Origin: Trichosphaerium sp. ATCC 40318
Taxonomy: Eukaryota > Protista > Tubulinea
Direction: 5' to 3'
Length of the DNA: 64,000 bases
Assembly: GCA_038496445.1 (NCBI GenBank)
Contig: JALMLS010000325.1
Coordinates: 1 to 64,000 of the forward strand
Part shown: positions 13,886 through 28,362 of the stretch, piece by piece
Position numbering within the stretch: position 1 is the stretch's first letter
Layout of the letters: each line of letters starts with the position of its first letter
Position numbers and translations under genes: made by a program
The notes under the pieces: model-generated
The model's input: the letters and a program-made list of their open reading frames with translations, nothing else
Told to the model about the DNA's origin: nothing
Database searches by the model: none

Positions 13886-14134
13886 AGCTTACATTTCGTG
13901 TGGTAGTTGTGTGATGCATCAAATTAGCATCATGGTGTAAATGCGCGTTATTGCCGCCATCAGTTAAGGTAACAATAAGCTGTTAAAAGGTTAGTTGAGG
14001 TTAGGAGTGTAGCTCTTTGTTTGCTTGGCTATTTTTGGCGTACAGCTGGCACATTTGGGCGTCTGTTGCAGTTAAACTCGTCTACAGCAAGCTGTATACC
14101 ACATCCAATACAAGCAAATCCTCTGCGTTTGCTA
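13886..14134 (-). pseudogene. Inverted partial duplicate of vWA exons plus intron from the adhesion gene
   Basis: Reverse complement matches ~8975-9237, including the intervening intron, with substitutions and indels. Confidence 0.85.
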
Positions 14135-14263
14135 CAACCTCTTTTGACCACGCTTGACTCCCAACCCGTTTTATTTGAAGCGAATACGCTATTTAAAGCA
14201 AGCACACGCGAATACTGACACCAAGGAGTGCTTTACACTACTTTTGAAGCTTCAATTTAACAA

Positions 14264-17200
14264 ATGGGCACAACTTCAAGTAAAACCAAACGTGTGAGTG
14301 CTCCAAGCAACAAAAATGCGAAGGACAATAAGAAAAACGAAGAAGTGAGTCTTAAGGCCAACAAAAACACAATTGTTTCAGTTCGTTTACTAATTTAACG
14401 ATTGTAGCCCGAAGAATACAAATTCGGCCATTCTGCGATGCTTTTGCCTGTCTTTGAGTGTAAACGAGGCGGTAGGCATTAACTGAAACGCGTTTTGAAC
14501 TTTTATCGCTGAAACTTGCTTTGTCTAAGGAAGAACGATACTTTCCCGCTCTGGGAGTACTAATGACTTGGGTTACAATTCTAAAATTTCATTTTTCTGG
14601 ATACCTCATGAGGACTCTTGGATCACTACACAACAAGATTATGGCGAGCTTAAAATAGCTCCCTTGGAGTACGTAAAAAAAAATGTCACTATTTATAGTG
14701 TTACATTTTGTGAAGCGAAATGATAAGGAAACGAAACCATTTCCAATTTTTTTATTTTTTTTTTTGCAAACAAGAGCTTAGATCAGTTTTGTTCAAACGT
14801 TTGAACGACTTTTTGTGTTGAAGTATCAATATTAAATAGTAAGAAAAGTTCCATTAAACTCTCACGTGATTATACCACCCCTTAATGAACTGAAAGCGAA
14901 AAAAAAAAATTGTTTTGTTTACAAATTGAAACACATGATTGCTTGTTTTGACTTGTTTGATGTTCGCGTTCGAGATGTTTCTCTTTTTATAATTCTTTAA
15001 TATGTTACTTACCATTGACATTTAAGTGCCAAACTCCAAAAGATAACATTTCCAAAGAAAGAGCTTTGGAGACCTACACCAATAACAGACTTTGATACCA
15101 TAAAATCTCATTTGATGTACCTTCGAGATGCTAGTGCGAACTCAGATACAATGATCCTAGTTGGATCTCGAGCAGCCAACCACCACATGAAGACTGTAGT
15201 ACCAATATCTAAAACAGTACGTACTAAAACAAATGTCAGCACAATGCAAAGCAGCTTACTTTTTTTCAGACAGATTGGGATATAGTCGCCTCATCTCACA
15301 CTCTTTTACGTCTTTTAAAGCACGTGAAGGACCGTATTAAGAAAATAGAACTATTCAAAGAGAAAGGGACATTCGTACATTGCGTTATAGAGCGTGACCA
15401 TAACGATGAATCAAGTGGAGAAGATGGGGACATTATTTGCGATTTTGAAGTTTCAGAAAAAATAACTGATTCTGCTTCTCTGATTTTAGTCATTGGTAGA
15501 GATTTGACTTCAAAAATACCTTTCCCTGGTGTATCAAGTAATAAGTTTAAGCTTGCTGTATCTTCTTGGTCAATGCTTCTTGCTATTTGTAGATCACATC
15601 TTCATTGTTCTATAAAATGGCAGAAGCATATACGAAGGTATAGTGATATGATTAAAGCAAGGGAAAATCTGAAGGAAGCAAATGATGTTCAAAAATTGGA
15701 CAGTGATTTGATTAATAAGATGTTTGGTCAGAGATTACTTGAGTCTTTACGTATACATCATTGTTGCGTGGAGTTTGCTGATTGTAAGAGGTAACGTATC
15801 TTTTTTAGAATCGACGAAAAATCCAAAGAAAAAAAATTTGTTGATTTGATTGGTTTTTTTTTTCTTTCACCTTTCTTTCTCTAACTTTTGCTTCTTTCCT
15901 CTTTGACTTTTTTTGTCTACTTTTTTGGTACAGCCGTGTATACTTCTACAAGGTTCATCAGCATTTGCAAAAAATGTCAATTATTACAAAAGTTTGCATG
16001 CCAAGCAAAAACTTTCAAAAAAATTTTTTTTTTTTTTTCCATTTTTCTTATTGCTTATCCTTGTCTTTAGCGTCCCTCTTTCCGTGCTATTTTGTGAAGA
16101 AGATATAGAAGAAGTTTGTACGATTATAACAGTGTGTTCATCTGATGTGAAAGTATTACGAGAGTCGTCATTCTGCTTGTTGACGAACCCTCAAAGGATC
16201 AAACTTGTTTGTTTTATGATTAAGTACATTCAAACATCACATCCTTCTCTACAAGATTGTTCAAAGAAAAAAGCACTTGAATGGATAGTCACGTGCGTTG
16301 ATTTTTATTAAAACATTAAATGCTCAAAAAGAGTTATTAGTTGCGGTCCAGCAAAGTGGATAAGTGATTTTATAATCGACACGTGCGATGATATAGTCCA
16401 AGCAGAAAAAGGGAAAAAAAAAGGAAAAGAAAAAAAACCTTCGCCAATCTCTTTAAAAGATGTCATCGCAGAGCTCTTTATAGAGTTACCAACAGAGATA
16501 AACTTGATGATACTATCAAACTTACCTACAGAAACTATTAGTAACTCGTTGAAAAACGTATGTAAGTCGTGGATGGTGATCACTTCCGATGACAAAGTCT
16601 GGCAAATGATTTACCGACTTAAAGGATTCGATGATGGTGCTACTCTTCAAGCTGAAAATCACTGGAAGTCCCTTTGTATATACAAAACATACTCACCTGA
16701 AACAATGACACAATCGAGCGTTGATCATACAATCAAAATACAGACATACGACGTGAGTAAAATATTGAACATAGCAAAAACATGGACACAAAAAGCTTTC
16801 TCAAGCAGTTATTTTGAGCCGTTGAATATCAAGTCAACAAAGAGACTACAAGTCATCCTCAAGTCAACTTTTGTTGATAGTAATGGGGATTATATCATTT
16901 GTTTACCAGAAAAGAAAGAACCGTTAAGAATGGTTATTAGCATGAGGAGTGGAGAATATGGGAATTCAAGGTTTAGCTACAACAGAAAGATGGTTTCAAT
17001 TCAGTCCAATTTTGGCTTTTCTGCTAATTTTGATGGAGCTGGTGTAAATGGTAAACAGCTGGGTGGGTGGAACCTTGACGAATCAACGATAGGTCAACAA
17101 ATATGGTCGCAGGTACGGGAAGATGAACTTGTAGAAAAAAATCTTTTTTGAAATTTTTAAGTCAAAAAACGGTCTAATGTTTGTTTGTCTTTAGGACTAC

Positions 17201-17302
17201 GTCCCAAGTTTAAAGTTGCCGAAATATCTTGTCATAGCGTTTGTTATTTGTATAATGAAAGATAGCGCTAGTTTTATTTCGCATATGAAGGTTCATTTTT
17301 AG
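14264..17302 (+). CDS. N-myristoylated protein with a nucleotidyltransferase-like domain fused to an F-box
   Basis: MGTTSSK start; ILVGSRA...DWDIV; RSHLHCSIKWQKHIRRY; KKALEWIVT...WISDFIID; F-box LFIELPTEINLMILSNLP...VCKSWMVITSDDKVW; exons at 15750-16070 uncertain. Confidence 0.7.
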
Positions 17303-17577
17303 AGGACACACATGGAAACAACTTCACCAACTAATAATAAAAAAAAAGTGCAAAAAACTAGTAACTTTTTTCTACCTTTGCAAGAAAGTCATGGAATGTT
17401 TCTTGTAATTTTAATGCCTTACCTGAACCAATAAATCATATAATTTAACCAAACAATTATAAATAATGCAACATACCCTTCACGATCAAAAAAATAAAAA
17501 ATCGTCTTTTTACATTTTTTTTTATTTCAAAAAGGTCCTAAGTAGACTCTTTTGTTTGTTTCAACAAGTACCCTTGT

Positions 17578-18955
17578 TTAAAAATCTATAAATTACCGTT
17601 AAAAAATATACCAACGTATTCATATATAATTACCATGTGTTGTTTCGACAATAGCAAAATCAGGCTGCTTCCACTCTTGAGTATTAGGTTTTGCTTGAAA
17701 AACTATTTTGTAAGAAACAACTTATTGATGTACTCTTTTTGACTTACCTCTCTCTTTAAGGCCTTGTCCGAAATTACGGTAGCATAATAATGTAAAGAAA
17801 AAGACTAATACACGTGTACCAATTGCTGATGCTGCAACAAGGAGAGTCGGTACAAAAAACAGATCACTAAAAAAATGACAAACAAATTAACAAAATAATA
17901 CCATTGGATGACTTACTTGTTGACTGGTCCATAAGCCTTTACAAATAAAATACCCTTTCCTACAATATAAACAGGAATGGCAAAACTCAAGATAATAAAT
18001 GAGAGCAAGAGAGGAATATTCTCATCACGAACCTAACAACTTGTCAAAAAACATACAGCCTTTCAAAAAAACGTGAAATGACTTACAGTGTACCAACCCA
18101 TAACAGCCCATACAAAGTTTAATAACACAATAACTATTTCGAATATGAGCTCAGGACCTATTAGAGAACTTTAGCAATAAAAGAAATATACCATGCACGC
18201 AAGAACCTGAAACAAATGAATCATTTCCTTCACCATATAAAAATAAACCAACCATCAAAACAAGTAGAATTTCACATAAAATATCAATCCGTAGGAAAGT
18301 TAGCAATATCTGGTATACTCTATACATGCGTATAAGTTGTGTATCAGCACCAACTCTCTTATAAACACGCCTAGGACGATAAGAACGGAAGAATTTTTCA
18401 AAAAAATTCTCACCATCCAAAATTCTTCATAAGAAGAACAGAAGAAATCACTGTAAGCGGATACAATATCACTACTATAACTAAGCGTGATATATAAGCT
18501 TCTCTAAACTCCCCTGTTTGATTCTATTGTTTACAAAATTTTATCACGTGACTGATTAACGCTGTGTGAAGGGTACCTGTTGAAAAAACTGATAAACGAT
18601 ATAAAACATGTTCGTTGTAAGTGCGACAATAAAAGCTATTATCTCCCAATGATTCTCTTCCCAAACCTTTAAAACGTTAAATATTTTGTTCTCCCATAAA
18701 TACACTGAAGGTCACGTACGCCATGTATAGCCGTAATGAGAATAAAAAGCCATAAAACGATGAGAATAACACCAAGTTCTGTTTGCCTCCCTGGTTCTTT
18801 GACCTAACCTCTTTTTTAGCGTCACTTGGCAACGTCACGTGTGGAACAAGTGTTTTTACCATTAAAAATATTGTTAAGCATAACGGTATAGCTACAATAG
18901 CTACCATAAGTACAAGAAAGGTATAAACCAGTATTTTATCTTTAGTGTATCCCAT
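17578..18955 (-). CDS. Multi-pass membrane protein, UPF0658-like
   Basis: About 8 hydrophobic helices; ENHWE, NFGW..VYKRVGADTQLIRMYRVYQILLTFLRID and C-terminal NFGQGLK resemble the recalled fungal UPF0658 motifs. Confidence 0.7.
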
Positions 18956-19355
18956 AGCCGAAAACTGGAAACCAAACACACTTGTGAAAAAAAGCCAAAA
19001 AGTAAACTTCTGCAAGTCAGCAAAAATCAAAGTAATTTGTCGTTGAGTAAAGTTTTATCACATGTGAAAGGGTGACTATCTATGTGGTTTTGATGAAGGT
19101 ACATTGGTAAACACGTGATACAATTATGAATGAAGATGTGGATCATTTGCAATTCAAAAAGTCGTCTTTAAATACATAAGTAGCTTGTGTGGCTACGCTA
19201 TAGCCACAAATACCAAGCCTCCACTCATCCAACAATTAACCTCGGTTCGCTCTTTATGATAATTCAACATCTAACAAACTTGCGAATACAACACAAGTGA
19301 CGATGTTTGTAACAGAAACTTTTATTAAGTTTGTTTACATTAACAAGAAGATGTT

Positions 19356-19928
19356 CTAGTTCTTGTGTTCCGGTTTTTTCATGATAGCATTGACTACTTC
19401 AATCTCCCAGTCTGCCATTTCATGGTTTTCAGCTTGAGGGGTTGGTTCACTGGCATTCAAAGGGAAGTATAGTGGGGTTTACCATCTTTGTCAATTTCCT
19501 ATCCACTTATTTGCCATTTTTTCGTGTCTTTCACTAGCCAAGAAGAATGATTCTTTTTGACATATTCCAGAGCGACGTCATGCTTGGATCCTCCCTTAGT
19601 TACTTGAAGTGATTCACTAGGTACAAGAATAGCAGTAGTTTGAAGTGTTCGTATACTAAAAGACACGTGAAATCTTTTTTTGTTTTCTTCGTTGTCTTTG
19701 GTACTTTTTGAACGACATATTTCTTTGATATTTTGATTGATTCAAGTGATGTTTTAATATTCTGTGCTCCTTTTTTATGTCTTCAAAAAGCTTTGCTTCG
19801 AATTGCTTTTTATTCTTTCCACTTTTAGTCTGTTTCTATTCAGTAAAAACTCCGTTAATTAGCCCATTGCTGAGGACAAGCTCATCTAGCATCGGTATCA
19901 TAAGGTCACCCCGCACTAAAACCGCCAT
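19356..19928 (-). pseudogene. Possible decayed gene of unknown function
   Basis: Coding-like composition from ATG at 19928 with in-frame TAGs, frameshifts and an intron-like segment. Confidence 0.3.
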
Positions 19929-20122
19929 TGTTGATCACGTTATTCGATAACTTGAATTACAACAAGGTCAATAGGACTACACAACAGATGGACATGAGGT
20001 TTTTTGATTAGAAAAAGTCTCAAACATAGAGTAGTGCTTCTCCGCAACAAACCTACCCAACTCTTTAATTTGTGGGCATGTTATTGGTAAAAGTGTTAGG
20101 GTTTTTATTTATGTATTTTTTT

Positions 20123-23100
20123 TTAAAGGACTCTGTTTCTAATATCTTCCAATTTTTTGTTCACCTCATTTACAGATCTCTCCAAACTTTTAGCAATACG
20201 TTGTTGTGACTCATTACGAAGTTCTGAGAATTGCTCACACAAGTCACCATCAATGACAGACTACAAATATTGTAAGAAAATAAGAAAAAAATAAGAAAAA
20301 AAGAAAACGGAAACCGGTTTTCCCAAAACATACCTTCACAGGGTAGTAGAATGAGCGGAAGACTTCATGTCTTCTTCCACAAATAGGAGGATTCTCTTGC
20401 TTTACATTGATCTCAAGATGACTGAAAAAGTCAACATCCTCGCGATTCTCGAACGGAACCAAAACTCCTGAGTAAAAAAGTTAGTAAAAAGTAAACTTAA
20501 ACGTGATAAAGAAATTCCAATTGTGTTAAAGTCATACCGACTGCTCCAAGAACTGTAGTATAGAGAAGACTCTGAACGCCACCAGGAGTTAAATTACACT
20601 TGGTTAGGTGTGTAATAGTCTCTCCTACATAGAAATGCGCTTGTGGTTTCAACTATAAAAAACAAGTAAGAACCAAATCTTTACGCGTTATAGATAAAGC
20701 AATGGATGTGGTTTAAAACGAGTTTGTAGTGCACAATACATGCGCTTAGATAATGATAGCAAGAATTACCTTAAAAGGAGCTGAATTGAGGTAGCTCTTT
20801 GTCCAAGCAATGACATCACCAACAGGGTTGTTATCTAACTCTTCTTCAACCTCGTCCGGCAATCTCAAGATAGATATCGTTCCAAACTTATCTCCAAATG
20901 CAACAGTATTGTAATCAAGTACACAGACACTTGTGAGCCACTTTGGGCAGGTATCATCTGCGAAAATGTACAACATGTTATCGGTTCGATTATACTTTAC
21001 AAATAATACTGATTCAGCCAAATCACCGACATAAATGCGATCACCTTGTGTATCAAGAGATACAATAAACGTAGGAAATTTCTACAAAAAAGAGTTGGTA
21101 AGACGAGAGAACAAAAACGAGTCAAGACTATTAAACGCCGAGAAAAAAAAACGACGTAGAAGAGACAATAAATTTCAAGATTTCATTTCTTAACGTACCC
21201 TGCTTTCACATTTTCTGAGGACTTTCTTCTTACCCAGATCGTATATTCTCAGAGTGTTATCAACACCTGCAAGTAGACGACCTTGGAAAGCGCATAGAGC
21301 ACCAGGTATACCGTCTATTTCTGTTCTGTGAAGTAGGTTGAGTTTACCAGGTGGAGAGTTGCTAATGCTGAATACATATATGTAACCACATTTACAAGAC
21401 CGTGGTTGGAACTTCATGTCCCTCACAGTACCAACAACAACAAAAACCTCACTGCGTGAGTGGAAAACACAAGTGCACATACTAGGCGTATACATTAGTA
21501 TTGTAGAAGAAAGTAAAAACAACAAAAAAAAGTTTTGCCACTTTGAAGTGACTTAAAGCGTTAGTTCATTAAGCAGTACCTTATGGCGCTCTCATTATCT
21601 ACGAACTCATGTACATCAAGCGTCTTCTTTGATAACGGATCATAGACGCGTACACAAGAAGCCCAAGTACCAAGGTTTGGACGTGGTGGACCAAGAGCAC
21701 GATCACGATCTTCAAGCTCTTCGTCCTCTTGCTGTTCATTTGGCACATCATCTGTTTCCATATCATCACCTTCTTGTTTTATTTCCTCCTCACAATTTTT
21801 TCTTTCAGCCCAAGGGTACATTAGATGATCAGATTCAATAGTAACGAGTAGATTTGTCGTAGGATGAATCTCGAATTTTCTCGGTGTGTAACGTAGAGGA
21901 ATTTCTGTTTGATTGAATAAATCACCTGAATGATCTACAGCAAAGATTCTAGGATGACTTTTAGCAAACAGAGTTTTTGTAGAGAGAAGAAAAAAAAACA
22001 GTCCAATGAACGCGAAAAGTGATGCAACAGCGTGTAAAGCTTTGAGATGTAGTTGTTACGTACCTTAGAGACTTTTTGGTGAGACCTATGACACCTTCTG
22101 GACATTGCTCTGAAGAGAAGCACGCAGCATACTCAAGAGGTACATAAGACAATGGCACCATTATCACCCGAGATTGGTACGTGTAGCATAACCAACTACG
22201 CGTAGATAGAGCCAAAAGTCCGGTCTTTTCGCCCAATTTCATTGTGAATAATTTTACGGGTTTGGTACCCAAAAACCGAGTCCGCGTATCGGATAACTGA
22301 CCTGTTACTTCATCCAATCTTGCTCTCAAGAGCAATCCATTAGCGGTACCAACGTTCAAGTAGAGCATTGAAGCAAATTCGATTATAGCCAAGGAAGTAG
22401 CCTTTGAAGGAAGAAGCTGCATTGATAGCGACTCCATACAGTCTGACGCAGCTAAACTGTACACTCGGACCTTATTATCCGTAAAAGAAACAGCCAAAAA
22501 TCGTGACCGAACTTTACCTTGTAGAGGCGGTATGGTCATAGCTGATATCTCTGATCCAACATTTTTTGTCATTACTTCTTCGAGTTGACCTGTTTGATCC
22601 AACTCAAAGTAAACAACATCACCACCACGAAGTGCAATAGCTACTTGACGTTGATTGGAAGCGCATGCAACAATTTTTGTGCCACCTGGACACTTCCACT
22701 CGGAGGTACGCTTATCAGCACGAATATGGCGTAAACCACCATCGTAGATTTGCAAGAACGAGTCTTCACCAAGAAGTGAAACACTCATTGTGGTTACTGT
22801 ACCGAGGAAGCCTGAATCAGTGACTTCTTCTACTTTATCGCTAATCTCAAGAACGAGTGTGCCGTTGTAGAAAGATACAATGATGTATTTATCAAATTCA
22901 TCTAGTACCAAAACGTCAGCACAACGTAGTTTAGTGTAGAAAATAATTCAAAAAAATAAAATAGTTTCTGAGGTTTTCTTGAGTAACAACTCTCGTTGAC
23001 TTGGTTACGTACCATCTGCTGTGCTTTTAACTGTCCATACACCTGTTGGTGTTGCCTCTGGAAGACCAGATTCCTTTAAGTGATTCACAGAGATACCATG

Positions 23101-24989
23101 ACGAAGAACAGCCAATGCAGAGCTACGTCCACGTCCGCATGCACAATATATTTGAGGAGTTTCTGTTTTGTCAAGATTTAGAACTTTAGCAGCTGTAATA
23201 GGAGCTAAACTAGCCATTTTATCGATAGGATCAAGATTTTGTAGAGCGCGCGGGTTGAAATATCTGTTTACATCATCACCATCTATTGTGAAAGTCTCAT
23301 CCTCGCCATCACCAATATTCTAGACATTAAAAATGAGCTAACACATCTTTCAAACAAGAAAAGAAAATCGCGCGTAGTTGATTTGAATCATTCAAAAAGT
23401 TTCTCAAGGATTTTGTTTTCCAACGCATCGTTTGTTGTATTGTATGCAAATACAGGTAAATTCTTCGCTATTGTAAAAAAAAAACGTACCTGAAATTGGT
23501 ACAAGTAGTGATCTTTGAACTCTGCAGCCAAGAAGAGGAATCCTGTCTTGATAACACATAATCCAATAGCAACAGGTACAGTATCGAAATAACTTATATT
23601 AACTTTGTATACTTCATCACCTTCGTAGTCCAAAGTAACCTTGTATAAATCGCCATATTCGCTTTGTAGAAGAATAAAAAACAAATCTTTCTGTTTATGT
23701 GAAGCAACAGCTGTTATAAGTAATCCGCGATCCTGAGGTACGTGCTTTCTTCTAGGTATACGCACACGCACTTCCTCATGCTCATCGTTAATATAGACAA
23801 CATAATCCTCACTAGTATACAGAACACCACTAGGCCCATCACTTCCTCCAGGGACAGTCACTAGTTTGTATGCAGTTCTATCAATCGTAGTAGACCATTT
23901 TCTTACCTACGCGTAGCGGTTAAAAAATTAATCATTATTTTAATTTTTGCTATGAGCTCTTTGATTTGTTTTACAGTTGTAAGCCAACGACACACCACTC
24001 AAAAAAAAATTGCACTGGTACGTACAACATGATTAAGACCCAAATCTAACTCATAATAAGTCAAGACCTTTTCTGCTTCAGCAACAGCCTCTCCAGTTGG
24101 ATCTTCATCAGCCTCAGCATGATCCATTTCAATAGCAGCGAATACAGGATTATTAAACCTAAACGAGAAAAAAAAAAAAGATGAGAAAAATAGTACAGTC
24201 CAGTTACTCAAAGAACAAGGAAACAAAGGTTTACCTTTGAAGCGTTATTTTTTTTTTCAAATTCAAAAAAAAAAAAGTGTACATACCCTACATCAACGGC
24301 TGCGATATCAAAACATACTGTATGTTGTTTATTAGATTCCAGAGGTGAAGATATAGTAAGATTAGCGGCTCCATCTCTGTTCAGGACGTAAATCAATTTT
24401 TGCTTCTCAACAGCAGCAATCATTACTGCACGGCCTTTTGGATCTGCTGCTAGGTACTCTCCAGGTACAATACGTCTACAACCTGTTTTACCAAACATTT
24501 CTTCGTGAATCTTTTCAAAAGCTTCTGTTTCGGCATTCACCTTCAAAACTACTACTTTACCACTGTCGCTGCCAACTACAATGTAATCCGTACGGCCACC
24601 TGACGGAGTCAATAAAAAACTTTCAAATCAAAAATAAAAAGTAACTTGGAGCGTCACAATATGTTCAAAGGTACTTTCAGTGCGTAACGATGGGAAATTA
24701 GCCGTTTCTTTTTGAGGTCAGAATTTTTTACGCACCTGTGAGTCTGAAGGGTACTAGTGAACGAACTAAGCCGAATGCGTTTGTCGAAATGATTGTTTGT
24801 ACACGTCCGTAATCATCAGGCCTCAAAAGTTCTAATATTCTTCCTCTCGCTACCACAATCTCCTGGGCCTATGAAACAATTAAAATCTCAACAAAAAACA
24901 GTCATACGTGCCTTAGGGGCGCTAAAATTGCCTGCAGCGCACGCATTGATAGCCGTAGGCTTACAAAGCGTAGCGTTATACAAATACAT
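20123..24989 (-). CDS. SF3B3: Splicing factor 3B subunit 3 (SAP130/Rse1)
   Basis: [86 protein letters not shown]. Confidence 0.97.
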
Positions 24990-25168
24990 GGCCATGGTGC
25001 CTTGCTCGCGGAAACGGATATGAGAAAGTTGAAATCGCTGCGAGAAAATATGTCACACAAAGTCGCGATTTGTAAGCCAAAAGCAGCTAGTCCCAAAGCA
25101 TTACTGCATGCCTCATAGGCTCTTTTGACATCAAAGCAGTTTATATTGCGCTTTGGTTGAGTTCAGCG
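24990..25168. promoter_or_regulatory. Compact divergent (bidirectional) promoter between SF3B3 and the TPR gene
   Basis: Two head-to-head start codons ~180 bp apart. Confidence 0.55.
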
Positions 25169-27211
25169 ATGGCTTGGGTGTCAAGAGCGCGTTATGCGTG
25201 TAAGCGCTGTACAACGTATAAGGAACGCGTTACGAAGCGAACAAAGCCTGTGAGCCTCTCTGTAGCAAAAACGCATAGAATAGTGAGAAACAATGTAAGG
25301 CCTACCCTACGCGTTGCTACATACTGCGCGGGGAATCACCAAGGGTAAAAGAAAAATAATGTAATTTCAACATTAAATAATGCTAGGCTCTGGGAGCAGC
25401 GAACAACTGAGTCCAAGGAGGTATACACGCCGCGTCAGCGAGTATAACATTCTTTAGGCCGATTTTAAGCTTATGTCCGACCAAGTGCAGCGTTTGCAAA
25501 TGACAGGCAAATTAGACGAAGCAGCGCGTATTTTGGAAGTGTATAAAGTCGAAAAAGGCGATTCACGATGTTACGGTATGTTGGGTGACTTGTATAGAGC
25601 TATGGGCAGGAACGACGAGGCGATTCACAACTTAGAGATTGCACGCACCCTTTTTACGTCAAAAACTATCGCTTACTCTCAACTAAGGCTGTCAAGTACT
25701 TTCCACGCTATTTACCTGGCTATATTTCATTAGCAGAGTACGTAATGAGAGATTACAAGCAATTAAAATATTAATTCACGCTTACAGAGTAATGTACAAA
25801 GCGGGTAACTCAGATGACGCTCATCGCGTATTGGATCAAGTAGAGAGCGTTGAGCCAAGGGTAAGATTCAGGAATTTCAAGGATTGAAATGGAATGACAT
25901 TTCTTTTTTTTTTTTTTTTTTTTTGAGATTTCTGTTGTTGACACTCTTGCTCTTTTTTTTAGTTTGTTAAAGCGAAATTGACTAGAGCGCGATTACGTGC
26001 GCATGATGGAGATATAGAAGGTGCTATACAAGCTCTTGATGAGATGTTTGCAAAGGAGCCTGAAAATTTAGAAATGCTTCGCTTGATGGGTGAATTAGCT
26101 ATTATGGGCCAGAAGTTTTTTAGAGCAGGTGAGGTAAGTTGTATTGAGCTAGTTAAGTTGAATGCCATCTAAATATCTACAAAAGGTATTCAAAAGGATA
26201 TTGAAGGTGGATCCTGGAGATGTAAGGTCCATTGAAGCACTTGCAATGTTGTACCATCAAAAGGTAAAAAGTCAATTTTTTTTCTTATTTTGTTTACTGA
26301 ATTTATCTTTTAGAGTGATCATAAACGCGCTCTTGAACTATACACAAAGGCTGTAGAGAAGAGGCCAGTTAATCTAAGTGATATTTACGCTAAAAGAGGC
26401 GCTTGTTTCGCAGATATTCGTAATTTTGATGCTGCATTTGAAGATTGCTGTAATGCGCTTAACTTAGATGTACGTATTTATTTTATGCGTCAGAGACGCA
26501 TTTGAGAACATTCTGATTTTTACTTTTTTTTTCATCGATAGGCTAAAACGTATCGTGGTTATTTAATCAGGGCTATGGTGTATATGGTTAGAAAGGAATG
26601 GGACAAGGCTATAGATGACTACTATAGCTACTTAAAATTATTAGCAGACTTGTACGTTGTAGTATTGTCCGTATGGACAGCAATAGCATCGAGCTGTTGT
26701 TTCCTCTGTTAAGTTGCATGCTTTTTTACTTAAGTTTTTTTTCAGGGATAAGCTGCGTCCAGGCCAAACTATTGCAGCAGATGAAAGAGCATGGAAAGAA
26801 GAAAGATTTGCGATTTATAGCAAAATTGTCAAAGCTCATTTGAACAAATTCAAACAAAACCTACCTAAGGATAGACGAAAACGTCTATCTAAGCTATCTA
26901 ACCAAGTACAAGTATCAAAACAAAAGGTTGTAGAAAAAGACCCTCAGCGCGTAGCTGAGCGTGATTACTTGGCCAAAATTCAAAGAGAAAATGCTTCTTC
27001 TGACTCTGACGTTGCTGAAAGACTAAAAGAAAAGATTTTAGAACCTATTAGTAGAAAGTATGTTGATCACGTAAACGGTATCGCGCTTGCAACGCGTGAT
27101 GTAGAACTAAAAGAGGCTGGAACCCGTTTAAATGATATGTGGATTATAGATCCTTCTAGTGATGAACTCTTTTCTTTGCTTAAAGACTTGCATGCGTGCG
27201 CAAGCGTGTAA
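25169..27211 (+). CDS. TPR-repeat protein, possibly organelle-targeted
   Basis: Helical repeats (LGDLYRAMGRNDEAIHNLE, YAKRGACF, ALELYTKAVE); Arg-rich N-terminus; multi-exon. Confidence 0.75.
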
Positions 27212-27639
27212 CAAATAAAAATAAAATCTCAAAAAAAAGAAGAAAAAAAAACCCAACATTTCATTCAAATAACAAATCAAGTCAATCAAGTCAACCACTG
27301 ATACACATCTTGATGTATCTGAAATGGATTTTGCCTTTGTTCAAATCAACAAATTTTGTATTTGCATGTTGTGAGTACTCATTGTTTTGTTGTACTAATG
27401 TGAGGTCAACAAAATTGTCGTGCACAGTGGTTACAGATAAATCAGCCATAAATTACATTAAAAGTGACTAGTTCTTCAATTGGGCAGCCTTCACTCAAGA
27501 ATGGCATGCTTCCTTGCTTAGGTACAAGGCTTGATTTGAATGTATTGAAATGCATTCAGCTGTACTGTACGTGAGTAAAATTAGACTTTATTTTTAAGAT
27601 AAATAACATTACAAACACAGTGCATTTGGATGGATTGAA

Positions 27640-28362
27640 TTAATGGTCGCTCATTCCAAAAATAAAGGAATTCAAAGTCTTATAAACTCTGTGAGCCCCA
27701 CTTAACCATTTATCAATACCCTCATCTGTAACTGATGTAGCATAAAGGTATATTGTATGAACACCAGAAAGCGCTTTTATACCTTCATCTGTAATATTTT
27801 CACATGCACTGAGATTAATAGTATGAACTCCAGAAAGAGCCTTAATGCCTTCATCAGTTATATTACAACCACAAAGATCAATAGTATGAACACCTTTAAG
27901 TGCTTTGACTCCTTCATCTGTTATACCTTCACAACTATTAATGCTAATTGTATGAACACCTTTCAATGCTTTAATCCCTTCATCTGTTACTTTAGTATAT
28001 TTGAGGTACATAGTATGAACACCAGCGAATTCTTTTACAACACTATCATTAACTTGCTCGCCAAAAAGAGTTATCTTTGTTTGCTGTAGAGCACTAGCAT
28101 GTTTTAGCATTGCTTTAGCTTCATTCATGGTCCTAAGTGTAACACTTTTATATCCGATAATGTCATGAACGATGGAAGCGAGGTAATGGCATGTTTGGCA
28201 AGCTGCAAATCGCGCTTTTGTCGTGTGTCGTAAAATATGAGCTAGTATCTCTGTAGGTAGATCCAGAATGGTTGGCAATGAACTAAAAGATGTCAGATTA
28301 GCAAAGAGAGCAATTTATTGTATTTACCTGTGTAATGCGGTGACTAAGCGTTGTTTAGACAT
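27640..28362 (-). CDS. F-box + leucine-rich repeat protein
   Basis: Short first exon MSKQRLVTALH; ILDLPTEILAHIL; 22-23-aa repeats GVHTIxLxxxxITDEGIKAL. Confidence 0.85.

Noticed and set aside
19356-19928. In-frame TAG codons suggesting stop-codon reassignment
   Set aside because: SARAF ends at TAG exactly at its conserved C-terminus, long conserved exons contain no TAG, and this segment also has frameshifts; pseudogene decay is simpler
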